From: an uncultured Verrucomicrobiae bacterium
GTDB taxonomy: Bacteria; Verrucomicrobiota; Verrucomicrobiia; Chthoniobacterales; JAFAMB01
Direction of reading: 5' to 3'
Length of the DNA stretch: 64,000 nt
Assembly: GCA_963837955.1 (NCBI GenBank)
Contig: CAWIPH010000002.1
Coordinates: forward strand, 4,064,001-4,128,000
Both the position numbers and the translations under genes were made by a program. Positions 1-9,714 of this stretch are shown piece after piece; position 1 is the first letter of the stretch; every line of letters begins with the position of its first letter. The notes under the pieces are model-generated. The model did no database searches, had not been told where the DNA came from, and saw only the letters and a program-made list of their open reading frames with translations.

Positions 1-129
1 TCGGGGCAGAGGCGCCGGGGTCACGTCTGGGAAGGAGGGGGGAGAGGCGGCAGGCTCAGATGTTTGCGCTATTCCGACAAGAACTCCTGAGCTCAGCAAA
101 CCGACAAATACCGTCACAACTCTGAACAC
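1..129 (-). CDS. 5' end of a probable exported protein, running off the left edge
   Basis: Open frame from GTG at 129: VFRVVTVFVGLLSSGVLVGIAQTSEPAASPPSFPDVTPAPLPR, a hydrophobic signal-peptide-like stretch then a Pro/Ser-rich linker; divergent from hemW. Confidence 0.35.
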   Translation of the reverse strand, partial: MFRVVTVFVGLLSSGVLVGIAQTSEPAASPPSFPDVTPAPLPR

Positions 130-176
130 GAGGGAGGATTAGCTTGAACTGTTGCGAAAGCAAAGGAGGATTTGGG

Positions 177-1280
177 ATGCGCCACGGGATAGAACATCTG
201 TACGTCCACATTCCCTTCTGTCCCAAAATTTGCCCCTATTGCAGCTTCTACAAGGAAGCTTCCGATCGAAACAAGGTGCAGGGGTTCCTCGACGCGCTGC
301 TGGTCGAACTCGACACCTTCGGATCTGACCGTCTGCGCGTTCGAACGATCTTTTTCGGGGGCGGAACCCCATCTGCGCTTTCACCTTCCCAGTTAGACTT
401 CTTGCTCAACGGATTGCGTCAGCGCCTGGACCTGACCAATCTAACCGAGTGGACGCTGGAAATGAATCCAGCGACGGTTTCGGCGGAGAAGGCAAGCTTG
501 CTACTTTCGCTCGGCGTTAACCGGATCAGCATGGGTGTTCAGTCTTGGGATTCGGAAATTCTCCAACGCCTCGGGCGGGTACATTCGGCAGGACAAGCCC
601 GGCGCTCATACGACATCCTGCGCAAAGCCGGCTTTAGGAATATAAACTTGGATTTGATCTTTGGCGTGCCTGGTCAATCACGCAACCAATGGATGGAGAC
701 GCTGCGGGAAACGGTCGCCTTGGAACCAAATCATATCTCGGCCTATTGTCTGACTTACGAAGAAGACACCGAATTCTTCCGGCGTTTTCAGACCGGTGAA
801 TTCCGGCAGAACTCCAACGCGGACGCCGAGTTCTTTACTGCTACTATGGACTTTCTCGGCGCACACGGCTTTGAACAATACGAGATTTCAAACTACGCTC
901 AGCCCGAGCGCGAGTGCCTACACAATCTCGCTTACTGGCACGGCAGGGACTACCTGGGCCTTGGGCCAAGTGCATTCTCCACCGTGGGCAGGAGTCGTTG
1001 GCAAAACATCGCGGATACGCAAAGCTACATTGCACAAATCATGCAGGGAGGTCTGGCCAGGTCGTTTGCAGAGGACTTGGAAGAGAAAACCAGGGAGTCG
1101 GAACGCATCATCTTTGGGCTCCGAACCAACAACGGAATTCTCCGGTCCAAGATCGCGCATCAAGATGTAGACCTCCACGACCTGGAAAAGGCAGGCTACC
1201 TCGAGGCCGCAGGTGATTACATCCGGCTGACCAGGGCGGGTCGAATGGTCGCCGATGAAATTGGCACGCTGTTCGTATGA
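177..1280 (+). CDS. hemW: Radical SAM heme chaperone HemW (HemN-like)
   Basis: LYVHIPFCPKICPYCSF (CxxxCxxC), FFGGGTPS, YEISNY, HNLAYW; GGAGG 7 nt before ATG177. Confidence 0.9.
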   Translation: MRHGIEHLYVHIPFCPKICPYCSFYKEASDRNKVQGFLDALLVELDTFGSDRLRVRTIFFGGGTPSALSPSQLDFLLNGLRQRLDLTNLTEWTLEMNPATVSAEKASLLLSLGVNRISMGVQSWDSEILQRLGRVHSAGQARRSYDILRKAGFRNINLDLIFGVPGQSRNQWMETLRETVALEPNHISAYCLTYEEDTEFFRRFQTGEFRQNSNADAEFFTATMDFLGAHGFEQYEISNYAQPERECLHNLAYWHGRDYLGLGPSAFSTVGRSRWQNIADTQSYIAQIMQGGLARSFAEDLEEKTRESERIIFGLRTNNGILRSKIAHQDVDLHDLEKAGYLEAAGDYIRLTRAGRMVADEIGTLFV

Positions 1281-2329
1281 CTAAGTACGACGTGGTGGTC
1301 GTCGGAGGTGGTCCGGCTGGGGCCGCTGCGGCGGCGGTCACCGCTGAAGCTGGGCTGCGAACTCTCGTGATCGAACGCGCGTTTTTTCCCAGGGACAAAG
1401 TTTGCGGCGATTGCCTAAACCCAGGCTGTTGGGAAGTGTTCGAACGTCTGGGGATCGCGACGAAAATCGCCGCCCTTCCCTCTTCCCGGTTACAGTGGGT
1501 CGAGTTTGTGAATCTCCGGGGCGTCCGAATCCGAAGACCGTTGTCACAGAACGGACGTCCTGAAGTGGCGCTGCGGCGACGGCTGTTAGATGACGCGCTC
1601 CTCAACCGGGCCAAGGATCTGGGAGCCGAAGTGTGGCATGGGGAGCCGGTTACGGGCCTGACAAAAGGTTGGCGCGTGCAAACGGAAAGGCGCGACGCCC
1701 AAACTGAATTCCTGATCGCTGCGGACGGCCGAAATTCGTCCGTCGCTCGCCTGCTACGTCATTTCCCACAGACCCGCACGGATCGGATCGCCTATCAGAC
1801 ACATTTTCCGGCCAATTGGGAACCGCATGTCGCGCTGGAATTGTGGCCGCAAGGCTATCTCGGTAGGCAAACGGTTGACAACGAAACGGTGGGACTCTGT
1901 GTGGTAAGCCGCCCGGCGTTAGCTGAAGCATTTAGGGCGACGATGGCCAAACGGTTTGGCCTGGCGAGCAACCATCGCTGGAATTCAATTGCGCCGCTGA
2001 CGCGCAAGCCGGTAACGGGCCGTCACGAAAAGCTCTTTTATGTCGGCGATGCCGCTCAAGTTGTGGAGCCGTTTACTGGAGAAGGGATCTTGTACGCCCT
2101 GAAATCCGGCTTGTTGGCCGCTGAGACGATCAAGAAGGCCATCTCAAACCTGGCCGATTGTCGGGACGAATATTGGGAAGCTCACCGCCGATTGTATGCT
2201 GGACGTTTGTGGATCAATCGTCTGGCGCGATGGTCCGTACTTCATCCCCAAGTGGCAAGTAGCGCGATGGAACTGCTCCGACTATTTCCCGGTCCCTTGA
2301 ATTATTTGACTGGAAAGGTAGTCGGCTAG
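1277..2329 (+). CDS. FAD-dependent oxidoreductase, geranylgeranyl reductase-like family
   Basis: VVGGGPAG, FPRDKVCG, AADG, VGDAA...EPFTGEGI; ATGA overlap with hemW. Confidence 0.8.
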   Translation: MTKYDVVVVGGGPAGAAAAAVTAEAGLRTLVIERAFFPRDKVCGDCLNPGCWEVFERLGIATKIAALPSSRLQWVEFVNLRGVRIRRPLSQNGRPEVALRRRLLDDALLNRAKDLGAEVWHGEPVTGLTKGWRVQTERRDAQTEFLIAADGRNSSVARLLRHFPQTRTDRIAYQTHFPANWEPHVALELWPQGYLGRQTVDNETVGLCVVSRPALAEAFRATMAKRFGLASNHRWNSIAPLTRKPVTGRHEKLFYVGDAAQVVEPFTGEGILYALKSGLLAAETIKKAISNLADCRDEYWEAHRRLYAGRLWINRLARWSVLHPQVASSAMELLRLFPGPLNYLTGKVVG

Positions 2330-2370
2330 CGCCTGACTACTGAGGGGCCTGCTTCCTTACTACCCCGCTC

Positions 2371-3063
2371 TCAGCGCGCTCGACGTTCACCAAAAATCGC
2401 CGTCCCAACTCGGACCATAGTCGCGCCCTCCTCGACCGCGACACGATAGTCTCCGCTCATTCCCATCGAAAGCTCAGGCAGAGCAAAACTCGATTCACGT
2501 GCTAGTCGATCCCGCAACTCTCGCAACGCCACAAAATAGCGACGTGAATGTTCCGGTGCGGGTGCCAGCGGTGGAATAGTCATCAGTCCTTCAATGCTAG
2601 CGCGCTTGAAGCCTGTGAGTGTCTCAATTTGTTCAAAAAGCTTCGTAGGCGAGAATCCAAACTTCGATGCTTCCCCGGCCAAATTGACTTGCAGAAGAAC
2701 TCGAGGGAACAGCCCCAGCTCGGCCGCAACCCGATCAAGATCGGCCAACAATTCAGTCGAGTCGATACCGTGGATGAGCTGAAATAGTGGCAGAGCAACG
2801 CGCACCTTGTTGCTCTGTAGGTGTCCGACCAAGTGCCACTGCGCCCGCGCCGGCAAATCCGGGATCTTCGCCCGCGCCTCTTGCACTCTGTTTTCTCCGA
2901 AGATCAACTGACCGGCATCTATCGCTTCTTGGATCACGTCCGCAGGATGGGTCTTGCTCACTGCGATCAATTGAACGGAGCCACCGGGTTGCCCGGCTGC
3001 TCTTTCGGCTTCGCTGATCACCTGTCGTACTTTTGCCAGATTATCTGAAATATCCGCACCCAT
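2371..3063 (-). CDS. yggS: Pyridoxal phosphate homeostasis protein YggS
   Basis: LIAVSKTHP, FGENRVQE, WHLVGHLQSNK, LSMGMSGDY, VRVGTAIFG. Confidence 0.93.
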   Translation of the reverse strand: MGADISDNLAKVRQVISEAERAAGQPGGSVQLIAVSKTHPADVIQEAIDAGQLIFGENRVQEARAKIPDLPARAQWHLVGHLQSNKVRVALPLFQLIHGIDSTELLADLDRVAAELGLFPRVLLQVNLAGEASKFGFSPTKLFEQIETLTGFKRASIEGLMTIPPLAPAPEHSRRYFVALRELRDRLARESSFALPELSMGMSGDYRVAVEEGATMVRVGTAIFGERRAR

Positions 3064-3091
3064 TGACTCAACTATTAGAAAAACTTATGCT
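3063..3091 (+). promoter_or_regulatory. Sigma70-type promoter of the LysR gene with a LysR-type T-N11-A box in the spacer
   Basis: TTGACT (3063-3068), 17-nt spacer, TATGCT (3086-3091); ATTAG-N5-CTTAT near-palindrome at 3074-3088. Confidence 0.55.
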
Positions 3092-3116
3092 GTTCGAATC
3101 GGCTCATCGCTCGGGA

Positions 3117-4004
3117 ATGCAAATTGAAACGCTCAAGATTTTTTGCGATCTCGTCGAGACGGCCAGCTTCTCGAAGGCGGCCGAGTTAAACACGATCACG
3201 CAAAGTGCCGTGAGTCAGCAAATCCGCACGATAGAACGAAAGTTCAAAATAGCGTTGATCGAACGAGCCAACAAGAATTTCTCGGTCACTCCTGAGGGTC
3301 GAGCGTTTCTCCAAGCGAGCAAAGAAATTCTTCGGGTCTACGACGGTTTGAGCGATCGGTTAGCCCAACTGCAACAGCTAGTTTCCGGCCGCTTACGAAT
3401 CGCCACTGTCTATAGCATTGGCCTTCATGAATTACCCCGTAATTTGAAGCTATTCCGGCAAGCCTACCCGGCTATCGACGTACAGGTAGAATATTTACGC
3501 TCGGCTCAAGTCTATCAGCACGTGGCCGAAGGCGCTGCCGACCTTGGTTTCGTTGCATATCCCACCCGGCATCGGGGCGTAACCGTCGAGAGCCATTGGA
3601 AAGACAAGTTGGTTTTAATCTGCCCGCCGAATCATCGATTGGCAGCGCGGCAGAGTGTACCGATCACCGCATTAGACAGAGAAAAGTTCATTTCTTTTAG
3701 TTTTGATCTACCAACCCGAAAGGCGATCGACCGGGTTTTCAAGACGCACGCGGTTACGATTCGGCGATCGATGGAGTTCGATAATATCGAGACGGTGAAA
3801 CGCTCGGTGGAAATCGAGGATGGAATTTCGATTGTGCCGCTCAGCACGATCGAAGAAGAGAGGCTGATCGGCAGTCTGGTGGCTGTGGAAATTGAATCTG
3901 TCGATATGTGGCGCCCGATCGGTCTGGTTCAGCGGCGTGCTCGGCGACAGGCGCCGCCAACAAGCGCGTTCGTTCAGATGCTGAAACAGAGAGATGCGCT
4001 TTGA
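3117..4004 (+). CDS. LysR-family transcriptional regulator
   Basis: N-terminal wHTH (SFSKAAELNTITQSAVSQQIRTIE) plus LysR substrate-binding domain; ATG3117 chosen as start. Confidence 0.92.
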   Translation: MQIETLKIFCDLVETASFSKAAELNTITQSAVSQQIRTIERKFKIALIERANKNFSVTPEGRAFLQASKEILRVYDGLSDRLAQLQQLVSGRLRIATVYSIGLHELPRNLKLFRQAYPAIDVQVEYLRSAQVYQHVAEGAADLGFVAYPTRHRGVTVESHWKDKLVLICPPNHRLAARQSVPITALDREKFISFSFDLPTRKAIDRVFKTHAVTIRRSMEFDNIETVKRSVEIEDGISIVPLSTIEEERLIGSLVAVEIESVDMWRPIGLVQRRARRQAPPTSAFVQMLKQRDAL

Positions 4005-4179
4005 TCCAAACAGGGCTTCTGCTGGCACGGTTGGCTCGAACGAGATCTAACTGGGTAACAGACTGTGGTCAGATCGGCTCCCGGCACTCTGGTATGGGGT
4101 TACCGGCAATGGTCGGATGAAGAAGGCAAAAATTATTGATCCCGTAGGCGACTGCTTAACCCTTATTCAGGGGTGAACC

Positions 4180-4421
4180 ATAAAAGACCATCGGCTAGAC
4201 GAAATCTTGGGAGCATTAGCTCATCCAGATCGGCGCACTTTCGTGCGGGCGGGCGATGCACGAGGCGCTCGGCGCTGGCCAGCGTCTCGGAACGCTTGAA
4301 AGTGTTACGAAAGACCGGCATTCTCGTTCTGGAAAAGCGCGGTTGCTACCGCTTTTACCGAGCAAAATTCCAAGCTCATCCGGGAAACCGCCTGAGCCAT
4401 TTCTCGACTGCAGGATTCTGA
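4180..4421 (+). pseudogene. ArsR/SmtB-family regulator, degraded
   Basis: One frame gives LDEILGALAHPDRRTFV after an ATA at the expected start; another frame gives ASVSERLKVLRKTGILVLEKRGCYRFYRA (ArsR recognition helix and wing). Confidence 0.65.
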
Positions 4422-4424
4422 ATA

Positions 4425-5051
4425 ATGGGACGCGAAGCTCAATGTTTTTGTCGTTGGGGTGCCAGCAAAGGGAGCGTGAAAGCCCACCTCGAAACTCGTG
4501 AGCTCATCATTCGCGGTGACTTTCGAAAGAGAATTTTGCTCGATCAGATCAGCCACATATCGGTCGCGAAGGATGATCTTTGCTTTAAGGCCGGCGGCGA
4601 AGAAGTATCTTTAAGCTTGGGTGCACGTATGGCCGAAAAGTGGGCTAAGGCGTTGACATCACCGCCGCCAACTTTAGCCAAGAAACTGGGGATCAAGAGC
4701 GAGTCTCGCGTCTATTTTTGGGGCAAAATCGACGATCACGAGCTCGCGAATGCAGTCCGATCATCGCTCGTCAAAGAAGCGCAGATCGCTGACCTTTGGA
4801 TTTTACGGGTGGACGAAGAGGAGACGCTCAGCTCATTCATCCGGAGAAAAATCAACAAGTCAGAAGGCAGCCCGGCTTTATGGGTAGTCTATCCCAAAGG
4901 CCAAAAGAGCGGATTAAGCGAGTCCGTGGTTCGGAGAAAATTGTTGGAAAATGGTTTTGTCGATACCAAAGTCGCCGCCGTTTCTGACCGACTAACCGCG
5001 CTGCGGTTTTCCCGGCGTAAAACGGATTTACCGTTCGGGCAGAAAGCGTAA
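4425..5051 (+). CDS. DUF3052-like conserved protein with an extra N-terminal domain
   Basis: TLAKKLGIK, LWVVYPKG, GFVDTKVAAVS..LTALRF pattern of DUF3052 proteins. Confidence 0.6.
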   Translation: MGREAQCFCRWGASKGSVKAHLETRELIIRGDFRKRILLDQISHISVAKDDLCFKAGGEEVSLSLGARMAEKWAKALTSPPPTLAKKLGIKSESRVYFWGKIDDHELANAVRSSLVKEAQIADLWILRVDEEETLSSFIRRKINKSEGSPALWVVYPKGQKSGLSESVVRRKLLENGFVDTKVAAVSDRLTALRFSRRKTDLPFGQKA

Positions 5052-5077
5052 GGAAAAGTGCTGTCTCTGCCGTCCTC

Positions 5078-6697
5078 TTATTTTTCGATCAGATGAAGCC
5101 CGGCGGCGGCGCCAACGCCGAGAACACTCGCCTCGTAAGCCGTGACCGGCCCAACGGAATCGTCGAGAGTACCGTCCGGCAGCTCGCGTCGGCACATCAA
5201 GATCGGCGTCAAATGCCGGCTCACTTCAGACGTCTCCGGCAACGCGTTCGGATCGATAAAATCGGTGAAATTCGGCAAAAAAGCCGCACCGAAAACTAGC
5301 ATCGGCCGGATGCTTCCGTATCCGCGCTCAAATAGAGTATTCGCGTCGAGATAAAAGCTGACCGCTGAAGGTTCATCAACGTCGGCCATTTTATAGTTGT
5401 TTGGAGCGTGCAACCCAATCTCTTGGTTTCGCAAGCGAGTCTGCACCTCGGTATAAGCATCTTCGTTCCGCGCAGCGATAAAGTGGTTACCGTTCATCCC
5501 AAATACAAGGTTAGTCGATTGATCGGTGCCGAATCGGAAAATTCGGGAATCGCCGACTCCTTTTTCCGCCCAACGATCGGGGAACTCCTGCTGCAGGATC
5601 TTGCGCACCATCCCTAAGAAGGAATCAGGGTCACTCACTTCGATAAGGAAAAACCCGTCAACCAGACCCCGGTTTGGGTTCCGGTTAATGACTATCTCCG
5701 CCCCTTTCACAATTTCGCTCAGCTGCTGGAAATCGACTCCTGATGTCGTGACCTCATTCAAATACTCCTGCGCAGTCTGGGCAATGCCCCATTCCCTTGC
5801 CAACCTCTTTGTCAGATCGCGAATATGCAGCAAATCCAAAGGTAAAGACACGTAAACGAGCGTGCTAGGAGTCGTGAGATACATTCCCCTGGCGGAACGT
5901 TTCGTCTGCGCGGACGAAGCACGGGTAAAGACCGTGTCATGAATATTTGATCCTTCTAGTTTCGTTGCGATCATGAGCGCCGGAATCGCGCTGGCGGAGG
6001 GGAGCCAGTCTAACGGCGAGGCGGACGAATCTGAAGTCCTCCCACCGAGAAATCCAAAGAAATCGGCGTCAGCCGGGACGTGGGCGTGGCACTGCCGAAA
6101 GACCTCGGATGTTTCAAGCCCCGCCGGCTTATTTCCGACGCGCTTCATTGCAGAACGTAAAGCTTCAGGGCGCAGGCTGAAGAGCAACCACTGGCCGTTG
6201 CGTGCGGCGAAGATCAATTTCCCGGCTTCGGGGGATACGCCGGTTTGGCGCTGCGGATCGGACGATATCGGAGCCAAATGATAGGCAGATAGCTCGTGGA
6301 TTTGTTGGCCAATCTCGTCCTGCCAATCTCGCAAATCGCCTGAGCATTTCGCTCCAAACACCCAATCTCTTCCGTTCAAATCGGAGCAGCATAAGTAGAT
6401 GTTAACGGGTCGCAAGCGGCCGAGGGCGTGCCAAGCAACCCTCCAGGAAGAGGGAATTTGCGTGATCGGACGCGAGATAAACCGAGCGACCGTCGGTTCG
6501 CAAAAAATTTTGCTGAGCGTGGTCTCCGGCCACCGCTTTAAGGATTCCGGCAAGTCGCGAAGCTCGAGATAAATGAGACTGTCGGGGGACGCTAGCCGTG
6601 CAGCAGGCGTGCTTTCACTTTCGTCTCGACCAAGCAGGAGCAAAAATAACGCGCCGAGGCAGAGGACAAAAAAAGCGCCAAACAGTATTCGTTTCAT
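5078..6697 (-). CDS. Hypothetical exported or membrane-anchored protein
   Basis: Long ORF with N-terminal hydrophobic helix (KRILFGAFFVLCLGALFLLLLG); start could also be 6730; family not firmly recognised. Confidence 0.7.
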   Translation of the reverse strand: MKRILFGAFFVLCLGALFLLLLGRDESESTPAARLASPDSLIYLELRDLPESLKRWPETTLSKIFCEPTVARFISRPITQIPSSWRVAWHALGRLRPVNIYLCCSDLNGRDWVFGAKCSGDLRDWQDEIGQQIHELSAYHLAPISSDPQRQTGVSPEAGKLIFAARNGQWLLFSLRPEALRSAMKRVGNKPAGLETSEVFRQCHAHVPADADFFGFLGGRTSDSSASPLDWLPSASAIPALMIATKLEGSNIHDTVFTRASSAQTKRSARGMYLTTPSTLVYVSLPLDLLHIRDLTKRLAREWGIAQTAQEYLNEVTTSGVDFQQLSEIVKGAEIVINRNPNRGLVDGFFLIEVSDPDSFLGMVRKILQQEFPDRWAEKGVGDSRIFRFGTDQSTNLVFGMNGNHFIAARNEDAYTEVQTRLRNQEIGLHAPNNYKMADVDEPSAVSFYLDANTLFERGYGSIRPMLVFGAAFLPNFTDFIDPNALPETSEVSRHLTPILMCRRELPDGTLDDSVGPVTAYEASVLGVGAAAGLHLIEK

Positions 6698-6939
6698 CAG
6701 TGGCCCACTAGAAAAAACCTGCTTTTCCATCCTGTCGAGGCTGAGTTTTTCCAAGGGGCATTAAATTCTCGTCCCCAATCATTCTTGTTTAGGGGAGGAA
6801 TCGCAGCTTGCTTGCCGTAATTTTCAACGAAGGCGGACCCTCGCACCCCGCGGCGCAAAAGCATCCGACTTCGCTAAGTGCTCGAGCATAGTGCACAGGC
6901 ATCGAAGAGACTATGTAGGACAGCTTATACCTCCCCTTC

Positions 6940-9069
6940 CTATGCGACGGCGGAGTCGGCCAGAGAAAAGCCCGGTTCGATAAGCTCCGAAGCCGGCCTG
7001 GATGTACGCTCCGGCGAGCGGTAACTTTCCAGCGCATGCGACCAGATCGGGTTCATCAATTGTGCCGGAGTCTTCCAAATGAGAACATGCAATCGCGCTA
7101 CCGTCTGTCCATCAGCCAAGAGAGCGCGTTTTTCTCGGGCGGAAAGCGCATCGGGACCGAGCCGGAAAAGTTTTGCTGCGAGGGAGGCCACATAACCCTC
7201 GGCTCCCGGCGCATGATTGTGTCGCTCCTTCTGTAAGGCAACGTGAACCGCATTGTAAAACGGGTCGAGAATCGCATGCAGAAACTGATCACCCTCGCGT
7301 AATTGAAACTCATAGGAAGCCGTAAGCTCTCTGGGTGGCTCAGTTTCTTCAGGTGTTAAAAAAAGGCCTTTGAGTAAACCGGATCGGCCGCTCAATAGCA
7401 CCAGCGGCACCGCTAACCAGAGCCCAAGCAGGATCGGAAGAAGCCAGAGAAAATAGCCAGGGGAGATCCACCAGGCTAACAGGCCCAAACAAATCCCGCT
7501 GACGGGTAGCGGCCAGTACTCCGCGAGGGTAGCTAACCAGCCCGGACCATCGCCGCCCTCTCTGGTCTGGGTATGCCAGGTCACGGTCTGGCCTCCCAGG
7601 TTTCGGAAAACAAACCGGGTATGGAACCACACCATGATCGGCGCGACGAGGACCGAAAATAGGACTTCGCTAATGACCCCAAGCACCACCCGGACCCCAC
7701 CGTTATAGCCCCGCAACGACTTCGGCTGAGAAAACAAATGGATCAAACTCATGAGCTTCGGGCTGAAGAGCAACAAGAGCGTCAAGATCATGAGGATGAA
7801 CGCGGATGGAAGCTGAACGTTCAATGTCTTCTGATGCCACCGGTCAATCGCCGCTTGCAGCGTCCCGAATAGAATGAATAGCACCAACAGCGGAGAGGAA
7901 CCGTACGCCAGGATTCCTTGGATGAGATGAAGCCGGCTTACCGGGCGAACCTTTTCCGCCAAGAGAAACCACATATGCTGGAGATTGCCTTGGCACCAGC
8001 GGCGATCCCGTTTCACGTATTCCGTCAGATTTGGCGGCAATCCTTCGTAGCTGCCATCGAGATCGGCGGCGAACCAAACTTCCCAACCGGCGTGCTGCAT
8101 AAGCGCTGCTTCTACGAAATCGTGGCTTAGAACGCGGCCACCCAAAGGTGCCCGTCCCGGAAGTTCCGGCAATCCGCAACTCGTGAGGAAGGGAGAGACC
8201 CGGATAATCGCATTGTGGCCCCAATAATTTCCGGAGCCCTGTTGCCAAAAGTTCAGGCCGGCTGCGAAAACCGGACTGTAAAGACGCGACGCGAACTGCT
8301 GGATCCGTGCAAAAAGCGTGCTGGCCTTCACGAGCTTTGGCATCGTCTGGATGATACCGGCCCGGGGGTTCACCTCCATCAGCCGCACCAACGACGAAAC
8401 CGCCTCACCAGTCATAATGCTGTCCGCATCGAGAATAATCATATACCGATGCCGGTGCCCCCAGCGGCGGCAAAAGTCGGCTATGTTTCCGCTCTTGCGG
8501 TTGACGGGTAAACGCCGTCGCCGGTAGTGAATTTTACCGAACCCATTCGTCTGCCGGCACAGGTCTGCCCAGGCGAGTTCTTCCTCCACCACTTTACTTG
8601 GTTCAACCGAATCGCTCAGGAGATAAAACTCGAAGGCATCTAACTCCCCTCTTTGCAGCAACGAGTCGTACAAAGTACGGATATTGCCGAAGACAGTGCG
8701 CGGGTCTTCGTTGAAGATCGGCATCGCGATCGCGGTCGACGCCAGTGGTGTTTTCGGATCCAGGGTGTTGGTGATTTTGAGTGGCTCATGCCCCTCTGCC
8801 AAAACCAGGAATCCAATAAAGGCTTGGGTAAAACCAAAAGCCAGAGCGGTAAAAAGAAGAACGAAGAGTCCTAGCTCGACCGCTTTGAGCGCGGTCCATC
8901 CCCCTATGTTCAACATGTCGCACATCAACCAAACCCCGATGACGGCAATACCCAGCGTAACAAGGCCCACCGCCCATCGGCGCTGGCGAACCTTAGCCTG
9001 AAAAACCTCATCTAATCTGGCAGACCCGACAAGCTCAACGAGCCGTACTGGCCGATCTGGACCGCTCAT
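6940..9069 (-). CDS. opgH: Osmoregulated periplasmic glucan glucosyltransferase OpgH (GT2), lacking the long N-terminal cytoplasmic domain
   Basis: AMPIFNED, NRKSGNIADFCRRWG, LDADS, NYWGHNAIIR, LSHDFVEAAL, RDRRWCQGNLQH; several TM helices. Confidence 0.95.
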   Translation of the reverse strand: MSGPDRPVRLVELVGSARLDEVFQAKVRQRRWAVGLVTLGIAVIGVWLMCDMLNIGGWTALKAVELGLFVLLFTALAFGFTQAFIGFLVLAEGHEPLKITNTLDPKTPLASTAIAMPIFNEDPRTVFGNIRTLYDSLLQRGELDAFEFYLLSDSVEPSKVVEEELAWADLCRQTNGFGKIHYRRRRLPVNRKSGNIADFCRRWGHRHRYMIILDADSIMTGEAVSSLVRLMEVNPRAGIIQTMPKLVKASTLFARIQQFASRLYSPVFAAGLNFWQQGSGNYWGHNAIIRVSPFLTSCGLPELPGRAPLGGRVLSHDFVEAALMQHAGWEVWFAADLDGSYEGLPPNLTEYVKRDRRWCQGNLQHMWFLLAEKVRPVSRLHLIQGILAYGSSPLLVLFILFGTLQAAIDRWHQKTLNVQLPSAFILMILTLLLLFSPKLMSLIHLFSQPKSLRGYNGGVRVVLGVISEVLFSVLVAPIMVWFHTRFVFRNLGGQTVTWHTQTREGGDGPGWLATLAEYWPLPVSGICLGLLAWWISPGYFLWLLPILLGLWLAVPLVLLSGRSGLLKGLFLTPEETEPPRELTASYEFQLREGDQFLHAILDPFYNAVHVALQKERHNHAPGAEGYVASLAAKLFRLGPDALSAREKRALLADGQTVARLHVLIWKTPAQLMNPIWSHALESYRSPERTSRPASELIEPGFSLADSAVA

Positions 9070-9138
9070 ATGCTCACCAATTCAGCTAGAGAAACAAACA
9101 TCCTTTTTCTTTCCCAAAACATGATCCCCCGAAGAGAT

Positions 9139-9714
9139 CTACAAACTCACGAAAATCAACAATCCGACAATACCTAGACCAAGACACCAACTCAGAATTC
9201 GGTTTGAACCCAAAAACGCCATTCGCTCGGCGAAAGTAATTACCAGCTCGCCGACCGCCGAAAATCGAAATGGGCGAGCCGTGATACTTGCTTGCTGCAA
9301 CCGCGGGGTTGGCTTGAGTCGGACTTCACGAAGAGCTTGCAAAACCTCGTCGGATAACTGGACGTGCGACTTGAAACTGCTTCGATCGCTCGGTTCAGTG
9401 AGGAAAAGACGAATCCGCTCTTCAACTGACCGTCGATCCCTCGGCACTTCGGCCCCGATCAAATGGCCGAGAGCCTTATCCAACGCCCGCTGCGTTTCTT
9501 CAAAAGCAAGTTGGGTGGCCGGGGTAAAGGGCTCTTGCCGCTTCCGGGCGATCGCTTGTTCGAAACTCGACAACAGAACAAGCTCGCGCTCGACGTCCTC
9601 CGGTACTTTCAGGGCATCAAGATAGTCGTTGATGCGATCCCAAGCCTCTTTCCACTCGGGGGACGCATTAATTCCCACACGTAACAGAGCTAAGTATTCA
9701 GCAGATATAGCCAT
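9139..9714 (-). CDS. Hypothetical protein with C-terminal TM anchor; candidate stand-alone OpgH N-terminal domain
   Basis: Fills the gap between opgG and opgH on the same strand; ends ILSWCLGLGIVGLLIFVSL; start ATG9714 or GTG9678. Confidence 0.7.
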   Translation of the reverse strand: MAISAEYLALLRVGINASPEWKEAWDRINDYLDALKVPEDVERELVLLSSFEQAIARKRQEPFTPATQLAFEETQRALDKALGHLIGAEVPRDRRSVEERIRLFLTEPSDRSSFKSHVQLSDEVLQALREVRLKPTPRLQQASITARPFRFSAVGELVITFAERMAFLGSNRILSWCLGLGIVGLLIFVSL

